From Octopus sinensis (taxonomy: Eukaryota): a stretch of 64,000 nt of DNA. The position numbers and the translations under genes were made by a program. Below are positions 63,071 to 64,000 of the stretch, piece by piece; within the stretch, counting starts at the first letter, position 1, and each line of letters begins with the position of its first letter. The notes beneath the pieces are model-generated. The model saw only the letters and a list, made by a program, of their open reading frames with translations. It did not search any database and was not told where the DNA came from. The DNA lies in contig NC_043000.1 in NCBI RefSeq assembly GCF_006345805.1, positions 101,866,001-101,930,000 on the forward strand, given 5' to 3'.

Positions 63071-63368
63071 ACACGATACTAACAAGATGATATTTTTTTT
63101 CGAACTCTGTAATGCCGTTAGAACAGCAGAAATAATAGACAAATACCCTTACAAGGCGGAAAAAAGTTGTCAACAAACAGCCATAGAACTCGAACCCATA
63201 TCCCCAAAGATTCCGGCTGAATTTATTCATCATCTTGGGAGATGTGAGTTCGAGTCACATGGTTGCTTGTCGACAACTTCTTCCACCTTGTAAGGATATT
63301 TACTCGTTATTTCTGCTGTTCTAATGGCATTACTGCATTCGAAAAGATATCATCTTACTTGTATCGTG
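63071..63368. repeat. Fold-back element, about 140-bp arms
   Basis: GTAATGCCGTTAGAACAGCAGAAATAA / TTATTTCTGCTGTTCTAATGGCATTAC. Confidence 0.88.
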
Positions 63369-64000
63369 CAATACACATTTCGACACTTCCAATAAATACA
63401 AATGTTAGTTTGTTTATATTTATACATACATATAACACACACACATATACACACACACATAAGATATATATACAAACACACACTTTGATTCAATATAGCT
63501 TATCAAAAGTTACGTGTAATACCGGAATAATCATAAAACCAAATGTTGATATTTCGAATACATTTAATACGTATGTTTAAAGTAGTTACATAAGACAACC
63601 GTTCGTAAATATCCTTTTCAATTCACATTTCAAAATATATATGCATACATATGCATATAGGCGTGTGCGTGCACGCTGTGTGTGTGTGAGTGAAGAACAA
63701 CAAATGATAGGAAACAGGTTGATAATTTTAGCACAGGCTAACTATGATTTATTTTTATGCTGATCTACTTACCTTCTGCCATGTCTGTCTATCTGTCTGT
63801 CCGTCTGTCCGTCCGTGAGTCGGTCGTTGGACAGACAATTACTTCCTGAAATTCAGAAGCAACATTAACGGAGTTAATCTAACGTAAATGAATTCCAGTA
63901 ATATCTCAAGTGCAATTACTATTTTTTTTAAATAACAACCACAACAATAGTAATAAAAATAATACTAATAATAAAGATTATCATTCTATTATATTAACGT

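Overview
AT-rich, repeat-saturated animal genomic DNA. The SINE repertoire, long (TA)n/(CA)n/(AAT)n/(CAT)n microsatellites and Penelope-like elements point to a coleoid cephalopod such as Octopus (inference). The only confidently recognisable host coding sequence is the terminal exon of a plus-strand beta-1,4-galactosyl/N-acetylgalactosaminyltransferase (GT7) at 13798-13939. A weakly supported multi-exon minus-strand transcript may run from about 27.0 kb to 18.2 kb, converging on it. The rest is mobile DNA: two decayed Penelope-like elements (RT plus GIY-YIG), Tx1/L1, CR1, RTE and L2-like LINE fragments, a DD41D Tc1/mariner derivative, three non-autonomous Helitron families, mariner/hAT/MULE MITEs and at least four SINE families. 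The most notable patterns are: (1) a dozen type I hammerhead-ribozyme-like motifs, several with unusually long stem II, carried by small fold-back elements inserted in (TA)n; (2) a 3.3-kb array of A/T tracts with about 10-11 bp period that runs into a 10-bp CCGG-containing array; (3) a head-to-head Helitron pair with a scrambled centre; (4) a CpG-depletion boundary near 26.7 kb. All alignments, folds and coordinates were worked out by eye; element boundaries are approximate.
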